From: a virus
Lineage: Duplodnaviria; Caudoviricetes
IMG/VR virus record: IMGVR_UViG_3300028048_000120
Location: 1-64,000 of that record
Reading direction: 5' to 3' (one strand)
DNA: 64,000 bases
Of the stretch, positions 1 to 10,959 are shown piece by piece. Numbering within the stretch: the first letter of the stretch is position 1; each line of letters opens with the position of its first letter. Both the position numbers and the translations under genes were made by a program. Below the pieces are notes generated by a model. That model was not told the DNA's origin. It worked only from the letters and a program-made list of their open reading frames with translations, and made no database searches.

Positions 1-2
1 AG

Positions 3-3000
3 TTGAAGCAAGCCAAAGAGAAACTTGCCGAGTATGAGGAACTGATGAAAGCGGAAATGGCAGAGAAAGAAGCCAAGTATGCAGAAATGGATGCTTCTGT
101 TGAAGCAGCAAAGGGCGTACAACTTTCTGACGAAGACAGCGACGATGTAACAGAGGACACCGCAAAGTACCGCATTGTTGATGATCCTGAGCTGCTGAAT
201 GAGCTGGAGGATGGTGAGTGGGAAGATAAAGAGGTAGAGACAGAAGGAAAACGTACCGCCGAAAGGCTCGGAGGCTCCAAGATTGAATTTGTAGATTCCG
301 TTGATGCTCCTGACAAGGTAAGAGCAATGATAGATAGTGGGAAGAACGTAAAGGGATGGTATGATCCTAATAGCGGTAAGGTGTACGTGCTGAAAGACAA
401 GGCAAAAGGTAAGGAAGATGTGCAGCACACTATCTTCCATGAGAAGTTAGGTCATGAAGGTCTATCCGCTTTGTTGGGTGGCCAAGAGGCTGTCAACAAG
501 TTTGGTAACTTTATCTATCTTAGCGCTGATGCTAATTTGCGAGATCTCATTAACAAAAAAGCAAAAGAACTCGGTAAGAGCGCTCTCGATAAGGATGGTA
601 TGAGTATCGCGGCACAGGAAGTGTTTGCGGATATTGCGGAAAATGGTCCACGTAGTGCAGAGGAATTTAATATATGGCGCAAGGTAAAATACTATCTCAT
701 TCAGGCAGCCAAGAAGATGGGTATTACCTTCCATGGTATGTTCAACGATGACGATATGCGCTACTATATCCTCAAGACCGGTGAAGCCTTGAAGCATTGG
801 GATAATATGGATGCAACGATGAAGAAAGATATACAATATCCTAATATGTATCGTGAAACCTATATCGATGACAAGGGCAACAAACATGATATGCCACCTA
901 AGCCTCACAAGAAAAAGAATGAGAGCTTTATGAATTTCAAGAATAGAATGGAGGAATGGGAAAGGAAATCGGAAGCCCTGAAGGATGTGGACGATCCTAT
1001 TCCTGCGGGGTTCAATATGGATACAGATAAGGAAGCTCAAAAGGAATGGAATGATATTATGGAATCTTGGAAGGAGCGTCACGGGCTTATCGGTGAACAG
1101 CCTGAAAGTATTCCTGACCGTGCAATAGGCCAGAGCGATGAAGATTACCTATCTTCTATCAAGAACTACGAGAAATGGTCTCAGGCAGCGAAGGATAAGG
1201 ATGACCCTATTCCTGATATGTTCGACTTCCTCGGCAAGAAACAAAAGGAATATTACAAGCGCTATTTTGCTTGGAAGGCCCGTCATCAGATCGCTGACGA
1301 GATGAATATGGATTTAGCAATCTATGGTAACGCCACAGAGAAATATCCAGATCGTGGTAAGGTCATTGACGAGCAATATCACCTCCTAGAGGATGAGAAG
1401 ACTCCAGAAGAGAAGGATATAATAGAGAAGGTAAATGATGACATCATCCATGAGATTGGTGATACTCTTGGCGTAGACACATCTCCTGAAGGAGTGAAGA
1501 AGATTGTGAAGTATTCGGTTATAGATCGCCGAAAGGATATAGAGTCTATGAATGCGGAGAACGCCATCGAAATACATAATATCGATAAGGATATTGCGGA
1601 AATTGCTAAGCAGATGGGAATCAGTCCTGAGAAACTGAATTCGGCCCTAATGTTTGATCTAGAGCATGACAGAAGATTGTATGATATTGCCAACAAACTG
1701 AACAATACGATGACTTTCATCTTCGGGCATCTCCGTCCTTTAACTAAGGAAAATATTGAAGCCGTAGAGCCATTATTACGTGAGTTGTCTACAATCGATA
1801 ATAATAGGAATGAAGATGAGCCTATTCCGGAAGAGGTTGAGACAAAGGCAGCACAGATTGCTACAAAATTGAACAGCCTCTATTACAAGTTGTCTGATGA
1901 AGATATGGAAAAGGCAAGAAAGAAGGCTGAGGCTAAGCATGACAGAGTTTTAGCAGGTATTGCTCAGAGTTTGAACAACACACAGACATTTGTGCATGAC
2001 CATCTCACTATCACTCCTTCTGATTTGATGCACGTGGAGAGCATGTTAGAGCATCTGAGGTCTATGGTTGCGGGTCTTGGTGACGGTTTCCGATCTACCC
2101 CTATGAATGATCTAGCCGGAGAGATCGCAAGGTCTATCAATGATTTACATCACGGTGAAGAAGGTTTTATACCATTGTCAGGTGAAGAAATCATGGACGT
2201 GTTACCTGTTATTACAAGAAATACCAAGGTGCCTATGGAAGAAACGTATGCTCCATATTTTGCTGAGGATATTCTTGCCACCTTGTCTATATGGAAACAG
2301 CCGTTAGATAGTGGACTTGATTATGATAAGGAAAAGGTGTTGCCTATCATGCAGAAGATTAGAAGTTGGTATGACCAATTCTATTCGCTCCTAGACGATG
2401 CCGGATTAAAGCGTGATGATACCGGATTTGTGCAGAATTACGTCAATCATATGTGGGATGAGGGAAAGAGTGACCCTAATGCTTATCAGGCGCTTGTAGG
2501 TGAGAACTTCCAGCGTAAGAATTCTCGTAATATGAGAAAGCGTGTTGTCAGCACATACCTGGAAGGTATCGGCATTGGACTTGTACCTCGCTTTGACAAG
2601 ATCACTGATCTGATGGCATTCTATGGAACAGAGAACGCTCAAGCTATTGCTAACAGAAGGATGCTTGACGACCTTGCCGGTGTGAACGTGCTGGAAACAA
2701 ACTCCGACGGAGAGGTAGTAAACAAACTTCCTTTGCTCACCACGCACCAACCTAATGCTTTGGAGATTGAGAAATACTCCTATTATAAGGTACCAGGCAT
2801 TGGAGCGCTATGGTGTTATAATGGTGGTGGTAAAGTGATCAAGGGAGTAAAAGTATCAGGAGGTGTAGACAGTAGATTTGGTACTGTATTCGGTCAGATT
2901 GGTAATCCTGCAGATCATTCGTCACAGAATGTACTATGGCATCTGTATGACCTAGCCGCAGATACAGCAAAAAAAATCCAATTGTCGCTGTCAGGATTCC

Positions 3001-5003
3001 ATGCCGGTGCTTTGACGGAGGTATACATCGCACAGGGTCTGTCACAATTTGGGCCTACCAAGACTGTCAAGAACCTAATGAGATACCTCGTGAACCCAGC
3101 GTTACATGGGGAACTACCGGGATATGCTAATCCTGAGGACTTCAAGATGGCTGCAAAACACCTTGTCAAGTTAGGTGCTACGGACGATTACGCAGCATCT
3201 GAAGTTGAGGCCCTGTCGGAGAAGTTTAAAAACTTCTGGACAAATCTAAGAAAGGAGGCAGAGCAGAAAGGTACAGCCGGTAAGATCGCCGGTGTAGGTA
3301 TCACTGTCCCTGAGTTTGCTGCTGCCATGCTAGATTTTGTCAACAAGGGTACGGATAAGATCCTATGGGATTATTTGCATGATGGACTGAAGATTGCATC
3401 TTTCAAGATGTTCTCGGATGACATCAACAAGCGATTCTCTATGGGTCAATTTGATTCCGTCAAACGTGAGCAGTTGCTCGATGAGGCTGGTCAGTATGTC
3501 AACGATATGTTCGGTGGTCAGTATTGGGAGCTTATCAACGTGTCACCTAAGTTCTTGAAGGGATTGCGAAGACTGTTCCTATCTCCTGACTGGCTTGTTT
3601 CTACCAACCGACACTTCTTAGGTACATTTGGATTCGGAAGTCTATACTCAGATAGTTCGATGAAGAATTATATCAAGTTCAATCTTGACAACCTCAAGAG
3701 GGCCTTTGGCGCAGATATCGAGAAAGACTACAACAGATCGCTCAGAAGTAAGGCATCTAAGCTATGTTACGGTGTAGGTGTATTGTTGTTCTACCAACTT
3801 GCTGCCAATGCGCTCAACGCATATATGCGAAAGACCGACCAACAGAACGAAGCCGAGAAGGCTGCCAAAGATCCGAGCTATGTAGACAAATACAAACTGG
3901 CATATCCTGATGGTATGAAGTGGTATGACTACCTTATGTATTCGAATGCATCAGGTAAAGGTACGCATATCTTCGGTGGTAGATACAAGGATGGCAAGGA
4001 AATGTATATCCGATGGGGTAAGCAGTTCCGTGAATTCCCTGAAATGTTCTTCGATGACAATTGGCATCTGTCATTCCCGGCTCAGATTTGGGAGCGAATG
4101 TTCACAAAGGCAAACCCTATGATTCATTTGGTCAGCGACCTCACCGGTTTCTACAGCGACTATAACAATACCGCTCAGGATGAAGAAATCAAGAGTAAGT
4201 ATGGTAAAGAGGTCGGTACCTTGGTCAAATTGATAAACTACTATCTTCCTTATAGTCTCAATACACAGGACAACAAGGAATTCAGAATGACAGATCTTGT
4301 ATTCCCGTCCTCAAAGGGTTACAACAACCACAAGGCACAGGATGACTTCAAGAAGTATATCATGAACGGAGATACACCGGGTATCAGCAAGACCTATCAG
4401 AATTGTATCCTTAATGGCATTAATCCACAGTTGCAGATGAAGGCTGCGATAGCTTCTATAAAGGCGGATACCAAGACAGAGATGAATGATGGTATCACAG
4501 ATTTGGGCACAGCCAAGGAAGCCTTTGAGAAGGCCAAGACTGTAGAGGAGAAGAAGAACTACAAGAATAAGATTCTGAAGTATCTTGCCAACGAGAACTA
4601 CGGAGACTATTCTATGCAGAATGCCATCGATGAAGCGAAGGATATCTTGACGGGACAAGCTCCGAATAAAGAGAGTAATGATGTATATATCAGCAAGGCC
4701 ACATATCAAGATGTACTTGATGACTATAGATTGAGTTCTATTCGTACAAAGGTGAAGAAGCATACAGATATCATTAACGATTTGAGGGAAACTGACCCAG
4801 CTAAGGCAAAGGCCTATTACGACAGTCACCGAAAATGGTTCGAAATCGATAATGTAATCAAGAAGGCCAACAAGCAGATAAATGCCTACAAGAAACTCAT
4901 GAAGAAGGGAAAAGGTGATGCAAGCACCATGAACAAAATCAGAGAGGTTAGAACGAAGGCATTGAGAGAGCTAGAAGGGCTCAATCCGACTATGTATAAG
5001 TAG
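3..5003 (+). CDS. Large virion-ejected (internal core) polyvalent-type protein, 5'-truncated; N-terminal zincin-like metallopeptidase domain
   Basis: 1666-aa ORF open at the window edge; GWYDP...HTIFHEKLGHEGL motif (DNA 438-455) typical of metallopeptidase domains in phage large polyvalent proteins; mostly helical remainder; upstream of packaging genes. Confidence 0.6.
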   Translation: MKQAKEKLAEYEELMKAEMAEKEAKYAEMDASVEAAKGVQLSDEDSDDVTEDTAKYRIVDDPELLNELEDGEWEDKEVETEGKRTAERLGGSKIEFVDSVDAPDKVRAMIDSGKNVKGWYDPNSGKVYVLKDKAKGKEDVQHTIFHEKLGHEGLSALLGGQEAVNKFGNFIYLSADANLRDLINKKAKELGKSALDKDGMSIAAQEVFADIAENGPRSAEEFNIWRKVKYYLIQAAKKMGITFHGMFNDDDMRYYILKTGEALKHWDNMDATMKKDIQYPNMYRETYIDDKGNKHDMPPKPHKKKNESFMNFKNRMEEWERKSEALKDVDDPIPAGFNMDTDKEAQKEWNDIMESWKERHGLIGEQPESIPDRAIGQSDEDYLSSIKNYEKWSQAAKDKDDPIPDMFDFLGKKQKEYYKRYFAWKARHQIADEMNMDLAIYGNATEKYPDRGKVIDEQYHLLEDEKTPEEKDIIEKVNDDIIHEIGDTLGVDTSPEGVKKIVKYSVIDRRKDIESMNAENAIEIHNIDKDIAEIAKQMGISPEKLNSALMFDLEHDRRLYDIANKLNNTMTFIFGHLRPLTKENIEAVEPLLRELSTIDNNRNEDEPIPEEVETKAAQIATKLNSLYYKLSDEDMEKARKKAEAKHDRVLAGIAQSLNNTQTFVHDHLTITPSDLMHVESMLEHLRSMVAGLGDGFRSTPMNDLAGEIARSINDLHHGEEGFIPLSGEEIMDVLPVITRNTKVPMEETYAPYFAEDILATLSIWKQPLDSGLDYDKEKVLPIMQKIRSWYDQFYSLLDDAGLKRDDTGFVQNYVNHMWDEGKSDPNAYQALVGENFQRKNSRNMRKRVVSTYLEGIGIGLVPRFDKITDLMAFYGTENAQAIANRRMLDDLAGVNVLETNSDGEVVNKLPLLTTHQPNALEIEKYSYYKVPGIGALWCYNGGGKVIKGVKVSGGVDSRFGTVFGQIGNPADHSSQNVLWHLYDLAADTAKKIQLSLSGFHAGALTEVYIAQGLSQFGPTKTVKNLMRYLVNPALHGELPGYANPEDFKMAAKHLVKLGATDDYAASEVEALSEKFKNFWTNLRKEAEQKGTAGKIAGVGITVPEFAAAMLDFVNKGTDKILWDYLHDGLKIASFKMFSDDINKRFSMGQFDSVKREQLLDEAGQYVNDMFGGQYWELINVSPKFLKGLRRLFLSPDWLVSTNRHFLGTFGFGSLYSDSSMKNYIKFNLDNLKRAFGADIEKDYNRSLRSKASKLCYGVGVLLFYQLAANALNAYMRKTDQQNEAEKAAKDPSYVDKYKLAYPDGMKWYDYLMYSNASGKGTHIFGGRYKDGKEMYIRWGKQFREFPEMFFDDNWHLSFPAQIWERMFTKANPMIHLVSDLTGFYSDYNNTAQDEEIKSKYGKEVGTLVKLINYYLPYSLNTQDNKEFRMTDLVFPSSKGYNNHKAQDDFKKYIMNGDTPGISKTYQNCILNGINPQLQMKAAIASIKADTKTEMNDGITDLGTAKEAFEKAKTVEEKKNYKNKILKYLANENYGDYSMQNAIDEAKDILTGQAPNKESNDVYISKATYQDVLDDYRLSSIRTKVKKHTDIINDLRETDPAKAKAYYDSHRKWFEIDNVIKKANKQINAYKKLMKKGKGDASTMNKIREVRTKALRELEGLNPTMYK

Positions 5004-5042
5004 ATTTAAGTTTTATTCACAAATCAGCAATGGTATATTAAG

Positions 5043-5050
5043 TACCTTTG
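5043..5050 (+). promoter_or_regulatory. Bacteroidetes -7 promoter box (TACCTTTG)
   Basis: Matches TAnnTTTG, 5 nt before the ATG at 5056; would drive hypothetical-rhomboid-terL. Confidence 0.5.
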
Positions 5051-5055
5051 CTGAT

Positions 5056-5499
5056 ATGGATAAAAGTGAGAAACATATGCAGAAAGCACAAGGAAAGCAG
5101 AGAACACGGATTATGGAGGAGATGGAGAGGGATCTTATCAAGTTGTATAGACAAGAAACCAGCAAATATACATATATGTTTCAGTCTGATGTCTATAATA
5201 TCATCTTGAATCATCCCGCTCCTCGATACTATGTCACGCCGGAGTGGGCATATAAAAGAATCAAAGGCTTGCAATATGGCGACACAAGTTGTTTGGACGG
5301 TCTGAATCCTCTTAAGAAGGAGATGTACCTAAGTCTTTTTGAGACTGTAAAAAGGTTGTCGGAGAAACCGAGCTTTAGAAAGAAAACGCTGCACTACATC
5401 CTGCAATATGCTGTTCTGGAGCCAGCGCCGAAATTCTACATAGGTATATCACGGATGGGAGTAATATTCCGAAAGAACCGAATGTCGCATCGAAATTAA
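5056..5499 (+). CDS. Hypothetical phage protein (basic, possible DNA-binding)
   Basis: 147-aa ORF after promoter, co-oriented with rhomboid and terL. Confidence 0.55.
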   Translation: MDKSEKHMQKAQGKQRTRIMEEMERDLIKLYRQETSKYTYMFQSDVYNIILNHPAPRYYVTPEWAYKRIKGLQYGDTSCLDGLNPLKKEMYLSLFETVKRLSEKPSFRKKTLHYILQYAVLEPAPKFYIGISRMGVIFRKNRMSHRN

Positions 5500-5505
5500 A
5501 TTAGA

Positions 5506-5970
5506 ATGGAAATAAAATACTATGTTGCGCTCTTTTTGATATTTATATTCGTCCTGTTTCCTCAGACTGGGTATGAGGTAAATGGACCGATAATAAACCA
5601 TTTTACGTGGATATTCTGTCATGCGAATATTTTCCATCTGTTTGGTAATATCGTATGTCTGCTGATGCTCAAGAGAAAATTATTTCTCATACCGGCATTC
5701 ATTATCTCTGTAGTGGCCTCTTTTGTTCCGGTATGGAGCATTGGTGGTTCATACGCCACAATGGGATTCTCAGGAGTGTTGTTTGCTATCATAGGTATTA
5801 AGTACGGGGATGTCGGTAAATTAAAACTATGTGCTAAGAATTGTCTGCCGTGGATAGTGATAAGCATATTTTTCCCTCACATGAACTGGTGTATTCACCT
5901 GTATTGTTTGGCGATAGGATATTTGTATGGAGCAATCAGAAGAAGATATATTACAAGAACTCGTAGCTGA
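5506..5970 (+). CDS. Rhomboid-family intramembrane serine protease
   Basis: Hydrophobic 154 aa with HANIFHLFGN (HxxxxHxxxN), GFSG (catalytic Ser, codon 5770) and IHLYCLAIG (catalytic His, codon 5896). Confidence 0.85.
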   Translation: MEIKYYVALFLIFIFVLFPQTGYEVNGPIINHFTWIFCHANIFHLFGNIVCLLMLKRKLFLIPAFIISVVASFVPVWSIGGSYATMGFSGVLFAIIGIKYGDVGKLKLCAKNCLPWIVISIFFPHMNWCIHLYCLAIGYLYGAIRRRYITRTRS

Positions 5971-8071
5971 GAATAAGAGAAGAAACTATGAGATGTTTGA
6001 GGGGTTTAACCCTTGGACTGGAAGGGGGTGCCCCGGCAAGAGAACGAAGGTTTCGATTGTCGGGTTCCCCTTGAAGTCTTTTCTGATGCCTAATCGCTGC
6101 TGGCGAAACTTGATGTGGCAGAAGATAAGGAAGTATAATGACATCGACAAATTCTTGACTTATGAGATGAAAATGGAAGCAAGCGAGATGAACAGGAAAA
6201 TGGTGATACAGATGATCATCAGAATTCGTGCTACTGAAGACCCAGCATTTGCTTTCGCTTGTTTCTATAAGATACAGTACAAGAAAGATAATAAGTACGG
6301 AAGAGCTGGTACAATGGGACCATTCATCCTTAACTACGGACAACGAAAAATCTTGGAACATTGCGAGAAGATGCGCTTCGCAGGCAAGCCGATTCGGCTT
6401 ATTATCTTAAAGGCCAGACAGGTAGGAGGATCTACATTTTCGCAAGGTTATGAGAAATGGATTTCCGACTTTCTCCATGTGGGATGGAACATTGCTATTC
6501 TTGCCCATGTAAAAGATGCCACAAAGCGTATTAAGGCTATGTTTACGAAAATGCTGGAGAACCAACCAGGGTGGAGCATCGGAGCAGTCGGTGAGCAACT
6601 CCTATTCTCGCCATATGAGAAATCTAGCAACGACTTCATTGTCACAAACACAAAAGGAGAGGTGAGAAGAAATACCGTAGTTTCTGTGGCATCTTTTGAG
6701 AACTACGATTCATTGCGATCTGCAGACTATAAGCAGGCACATTATTCTGAGGTAGCATATTGGAAAGCCACTCCTGGTAAAGAACCGGAAGAGGTGTTGT
6801 CATCTATTGATGGTGGTATACCATTAGACCCTGATACTTGTGAAATCATGGAGTCATCTGGGAAAAACGCCTCCGGACTATTTTACGAATACTATAAGGC
6901 TGCGAAAGACCCCGACATGCCATCTATATGGGATCATCTTGCCATCTTCTATTATATGTCGGAGAACGATAGACTTCCGGTAAATGATCAGATGGGATTT
7001 GCCCGATGGCTATGGGAGAACAGAGAAAATCCTCAGAACCCTAAAGGGTATCTAGAGTCGGGCATATTTTTTTGGAAGCAATGGAAGAAGGGCGCCAGCT
7101 TTGAGGCTATCAACTGGTATCGTGTGCGAAGAAATTCGGTGAGGTCTCATGTGCGCCTTGCTACGGAGGCACCGAGTGATGATGTTGAGGCTTTTCAGAC
7201 ATCAGGAAGTCTTATCTTCGATATGTATTCTCTTGAAGCTATGGAGGAAAAATACCGTAGAGATCCGATTTCCGTAGGTGATATTGTATCGGATTACGCA
7301 GATACCGGTGCCAATGCAATAAAAACCGCGAGATATGAACCCGATGCGATGGGATCTCTTAGAGTATGGAAGTTCCCTGATAATGTTCTGAAGGTGTCAA
7401 ACAGATATGTAGTTTCTGTAGATATCGGTGGTGTACATGATAAGTCGGATTTCACCGTGATGACGGTAATAGATCGACTAGGTCAGATGGCATCTCTTGG
7501 AGGTAGGCCAAAAGTCGTGGCAAGATGGAGAGGACATATTAAGCACTCTCTCTTGGCATGGAAGGCAGCCATGCTTGCGGAATACTATAACCATGCCATG
7601 CTTGTCATAGAAAGTAATACCGCTGATACCGACAAGGGAAAATATACGGAGGATAACATGGGTACGGAGGGCGATCACTTCCTGACAATCATTGAGAAGC
7701 TTGCGCCGTCATATAGTAATATCTATATCCGTCAGTCTACAGAAGACAGTATTACACATGATGTTAAGAATCAATATGGATTCAACACAAACGTAAAGAC
7801 GAAGCAACAGGTTATTGATACTATCTCAGATCTTATTGATGAGCAGGATTACGATGAGCCTGACCATCTATTCTATTCTGAGGCCCGAATATACGAAAGA
7901 CATGAAGATAACAGCCTTGGTAATGCAATTGGCCCGGGAAATCATGATGATATCGTGATGTCAACGGCTATTGGTCTTTTCGTATCTCTTGTCAAGATGC
8001 CTGCACCGGCATTTATCGCTAGAAAGCCAATGGCAATGAATCATAAAGTTATGAACGAATCAACATTCTAA
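5927..8071 (+). CDS. terL: Terminase large subunit
   Basis: IILKARQVGGST Walker A, HYSEVA Walker B-like, IMESSG motif III, YVVSVDIGG and HDDIVMS RNase H-fold nuclease motifs. Confidence 0.92.
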   Translation: MEQSEEDILQELVAENKRRNYEMFEGFNPWTGRGCPGKRTKVSIVGFPLKSFLMPNRCWRNLMWQKIRKYNDIDKFLTYEMKMEASEMNRKMVIQMIIRIRATEDPAFAFACFYKIQYKKDNKYGRAGTMGPFILNYGQRKILEHCEKMRFAGKPIRLIILKARQVGGSTFSQGYEKWISDFLHVGWNIAILAHVKDATKRIKAMFTKMLENQPGWSIGAVGEQLLFSPYEKSSNDFIVTNTKGEVRRNTVVSVASFENYDSLRSADYKQAHYSEVAYWKATPGKEPEEVLSSIDGGIPLDPDTCEIMESSGKNASGLFYEYYKAAKDPDMPSIWDHLAIFYYMSENDRLPVNDQMGFARWLWENRENPQNPKGYLESGIFFWKQWKKGASFEAINWYRVRRNSVRSHVRLATEAPSDDVEAFQTSGSLIFDMYSLEAMEEKYRRDPISVGDIVSDYADTGANAIKTARYEPDAMGSLRVWKFPDNVLKVSNRYVVSVDIGGVHDKSDFTVMTVIDRLGQMASLGGRPKVVARWRGHIKHSLLAWKAAMLAEYYNHAMLVIESNTADTDKGKYTEDNMGTEGDHFLTIIEKLAPSYSNIYIRQSTEDSITHDVKNQYGFNTNVKTKQQVIDTISDLIDEQDYDEPDHLFYSEARIYERHEDNSLGNAIGPGNHDDIVMSTAIGLFVSLVKMPAPAFIARKPMAMNHKVMNESTF

Positions 8072-8073
8072 TT

Positions 8074-10881
8074 ATGGAACATAGAATTAATTTTAAGGCA
8101 GGCATTACTAGGAGCCCGAGCGATTTTCTTAGTGAGGATGGTGAACTTGCAGAGTGCATCAATCTTACTGCTGACGGGCACGAACTAAAGCCTATTCATA
8201 GACCTAAGAAGATCTTTGGTGGGCAGTCGATGAAGGACAGCAACGGACATGTTATGAAGTTAATCTTCATACACAAGTTCAATGGAGTGGAGCATTTTAT
8301 ATTCCAGTCTACAGATGATAAATTGTGGTATTCTGAGGCTGACGTGGAAAATGATTCTATAGAGACTGCCACTAACATGTATAACGGTTCTATACATGTA
8401 ACCAACATCACGGCAATAGGAACAAGAATTGTAATCAGTACTGATGAGGGTCTCCATATTTTTATGTGGAAACAAGACAGCTATAAGGATTACGGGGTAT
8501 CATTGCCAGATCCTGGTATACGATTTTGGATGGAGGATACCTCTGTTAATATCAAAGTCGAATACAAGGATTTCGATCCATTTGTCAGAGAGCGAAGAAA
8601 TAGTGAGTTGTCTGTGTCTAGGGATATGCTTGGATACGATTCCAATGGTAGGTATATCGGACATGGAATTAATACGCCACCTAATGGATCTGCAAATGCT
8701 GAAGTTGTCAGCGATCTAGTTTTTGAGGACAACAAGAAGGATACTATAGATGGATTTAACAATCAGTGTATAGGGTTGATAGAGGAATGTGTACATGATA
8801 TGGAGGAGAAGGGTCGCTTCTGCTTCCCATTTTGGGTAAGATATGCCATAAGGCTATCAGACGGCAAATATGCGATGATATCAAATCCGCAACTTATGTT
8901 ACCTTCCGTAAGAAGGAATGGCATCATATCTCCATACTCCGTTGATGATGACGGGCATCCACATCCTTACAATAACAAAGAATGGCTTTCTCATGCGTTA
9001 TGGACGGCAGATGTAAAATCATCTGTTCTATGTTATGAGGCTACGAATCGTTTTGATTTGGAGAAGTGGGAAGGCGTCATCACGGGAGTGGATATCTTTG
9101 TGTCTGACTGCGTGTATCCATTCGATATGAATGAAGACTGGGAAATCCGTAATCCTGATGGTACAAAGTGGTTGTATAATGACTATGTGTCCTCTACAGG
9201 TGAATATAGACATATGGAATTCGATACCAGCAGTTATATATCTCAGGACTCAGATCAGAAGACGAGAGCCTACAATACGCACTTCATACCGAAGTGGAAG
9301 TCCGATTCTCAGATAATTAAAGAGCTCATCGAGAAATCGCAGTTTTATAAGTTGGCGTCTATAGACTTACAGAAGGTGAACGGCTTGCAGTCAGGTTCAT
9401 TCGGCAACCTAGACCAAGCACAAGTACCGGTAGAGAAAAACGTTATCAGATATATCACAAATCAGACGATACTAGAGAATGATGACTACTATGGTCATAC
9501 CGCTATGACTCCTTCCATGATAACATCATTCAACAACAGACTTCAGTTGACAGGAGTGCGCAGAACATTCTTTGAGGGCTTCGAGCGTTTTTGTCCGATA
9601 AAGTCGACTGGTTCTTACAGTGTCGACAATGGAGATCCAGAAGATATTTATGTCAAGATAGAAACAGACTCGGGTACAAGAGTCGTTAAGAAGGTTTCTC
9701 ATATGTTAGAATGCAGAGGCTATTGGTTCTATTATCCTGATCCTAGAGCCAAGGAAGTAATCTTCAGGTCAGAGGGTGAAAGCCTACATTACAAGCTAAC
9801 AGAACATCCGTATCTGAACGGTGCCTATTATCTAGGCAAATTACCGTCATCAACGGATACCGTCAATTATGCTAATGAGCCTACTCCTACGTTGTCATCT
9901 GAAGCAGAATATCTACAGAACCAGCTGTTAAACTCAAAGGTTGGAAACCCGTGGGTATATACAGCAGACAATGTATCTCACATATCGAATGTGAAGGATA
10001 TCCTTGCTATATCCCCGGTAAAGGCACCATTGTCACAAGACAACTTTGGTTCGCAGCCTTTTGTATGCTATACCAGTGACGGTATTTGGGGTATGAACAT
10101 TGCCAGTGACGGCACGTTTGCAGCAAAGCAAATTGTATCAGGAGATGTTATTATCAACACAGAGGGTATCTTGCAGACGGATGTCGCTACTTTTTTCTTG
10201 TCAAGGAAAGGTCTCATGGCCATCATGGATGGAGGAGTACAATGTGTGAGCGATATGCTGTCTGGAAGTGGCACTGACATTGATGATGAGGTGAATATAG
10301 ACGGAGAATATTTTGATCTTGTCACGGGAGCACACGAAAATGAGCAATTTAAGAAATTCTTAAGAAACTCATTCATGGCATACGACTATGTAGATAAGCA
10401 GATATTCATCATGAAAGGAGGATGCCAATATGGATGGGTATTGAACACAGAAGGCATGCAGATGAGTAAGATAGTATGGAATAAGAGACCTCTAACGGCC
10501 GTGAATAATTACCCGGACTATATTATCGAGGACGAAGAAGGATGCCTGTATTCTCTCTATCAAAAGGAGGACGAAGAAGACTCTAATGAAAGGCAAAAGG
10601 GTTTCCTCTTGACAAGACCCATGAAGTTATCCTCTGCTTTATCCATGAAAGTTATAAAGGACGAACGGCTGTACGGACAATGGTCAGAACGGTATGGTAG
10701 TTCCGTGAGGATGAGCATGATCGTATCTAATGATCTACATATATGGTATCCAAGAGGATCTAAAGGAGGCTCTTCTTTCAAGTTTGTAAGGTTGGCAATA
10801 TACACCAATCTGCTACCTAAAGAGAGATTGTCCGCTGCAGTAATTGTTGATGACACAAGATATGAAGACAAGTTGAGATAA
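8074..10881 (+). CDS. Tail nozzle/stabilisation protein (podovirus-type, beta-rich)
   Basis: 935 aa; N-terminal GITRSPSD...GELAECINL and C-terminal LLTRPMKL as in phage stabilisation proteins; context. Confidence 0.55.
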   Translation: MEHRINFKAGITRSPSDFLSEDGELAECINLTADGHELKPIHRPKKIFGGQSMKDSNGHVMKLIFIHKFNGVEHFIFQSTDDKLWYSEADVENDSIETATNMYNGSIHVTNITAIGTRIVISTDEGLHIFMWKQDSYKDYGVSLPDPGIRFWMEDTSVNIKVEYKDFDPFVRERRNSELSVSRDMLGYDSNGRYIGHGINTPPNGSANAEVVSDLVFEDNKKDTIDGFNNQCIGLIEECVHDMEEKGRFCFPFWVRYAIRLSDGKYAMISNPQLMLPSVRRNGIISPYSVDDDGHPHPYNNKEWLSHALWTADVKSSVLCYEATNRFDLEKWEGVITGVDIFVSDCVYPFDMNEDWEIRNPDGTKWLYNDYVSSTGEYRHMEFDTSSYISQDSDQKTRAYNTHFIPKWKSDSQIIKELIEKSQFYKLASIDLQKVNGLQSGSFGNLDQAQVPVEKNVIRYITNQTILENDDYYGHTAMTPSMITSFNNRLQLTGVRRTFFEGFERFCPIKSTGSYSVDNGDPEDIYVKIETDSGTRVVKKVSHMLECRGYWFYYPDPRAKEVIFRSEGESLHYKLTEHPYLNGAYYLGKLPSSTDTVNYANEPTPTLSSEAEYLQNQLLNSKVGNPWVYTADNVSHISNVKDILAISPVKAPLSQDNFGSQPFVCYTSDGIWGMNIASDGTFAAKQIVSGDVIINTEGILQTDVATFFLSRKGLMAIMDGGVQCVSDMLSGSGTDIDDEVNIDGEYFDLVTGAHENEQFKKFLRNSFMAYDYVDKQIFIMKGGCQYGWVLNTEGMQMSKIVWNKRPLTAVNNYPDYIIEDEEGCLYSLYQKEDEEDSNERQKGFLLTRPMKLSSALSMKVIKDERLYGQWSERYGSSVRMSMIVSNDLHIWYPRGSKGGSSFKFVRLAIYTNLLPKERLSAAVIVDDTRYEDKLR

Positions 10882-10885
10882 AGAG

Positions 10886-10917
10886 AAAGGCTGCTATCCT
10901 CACGGACGGCAGCCTTT
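10886..10917. terminator. Bidirectional intrinsic terminator
   Basis: aaaggctgct-loop-ggcagccttt hairpin between convergent genes. Confidence 0.7.
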
Positions 10918-10959
10918 ATGGTGTAACTTAAAACATAAAACTAAAATCATTAATAACTA

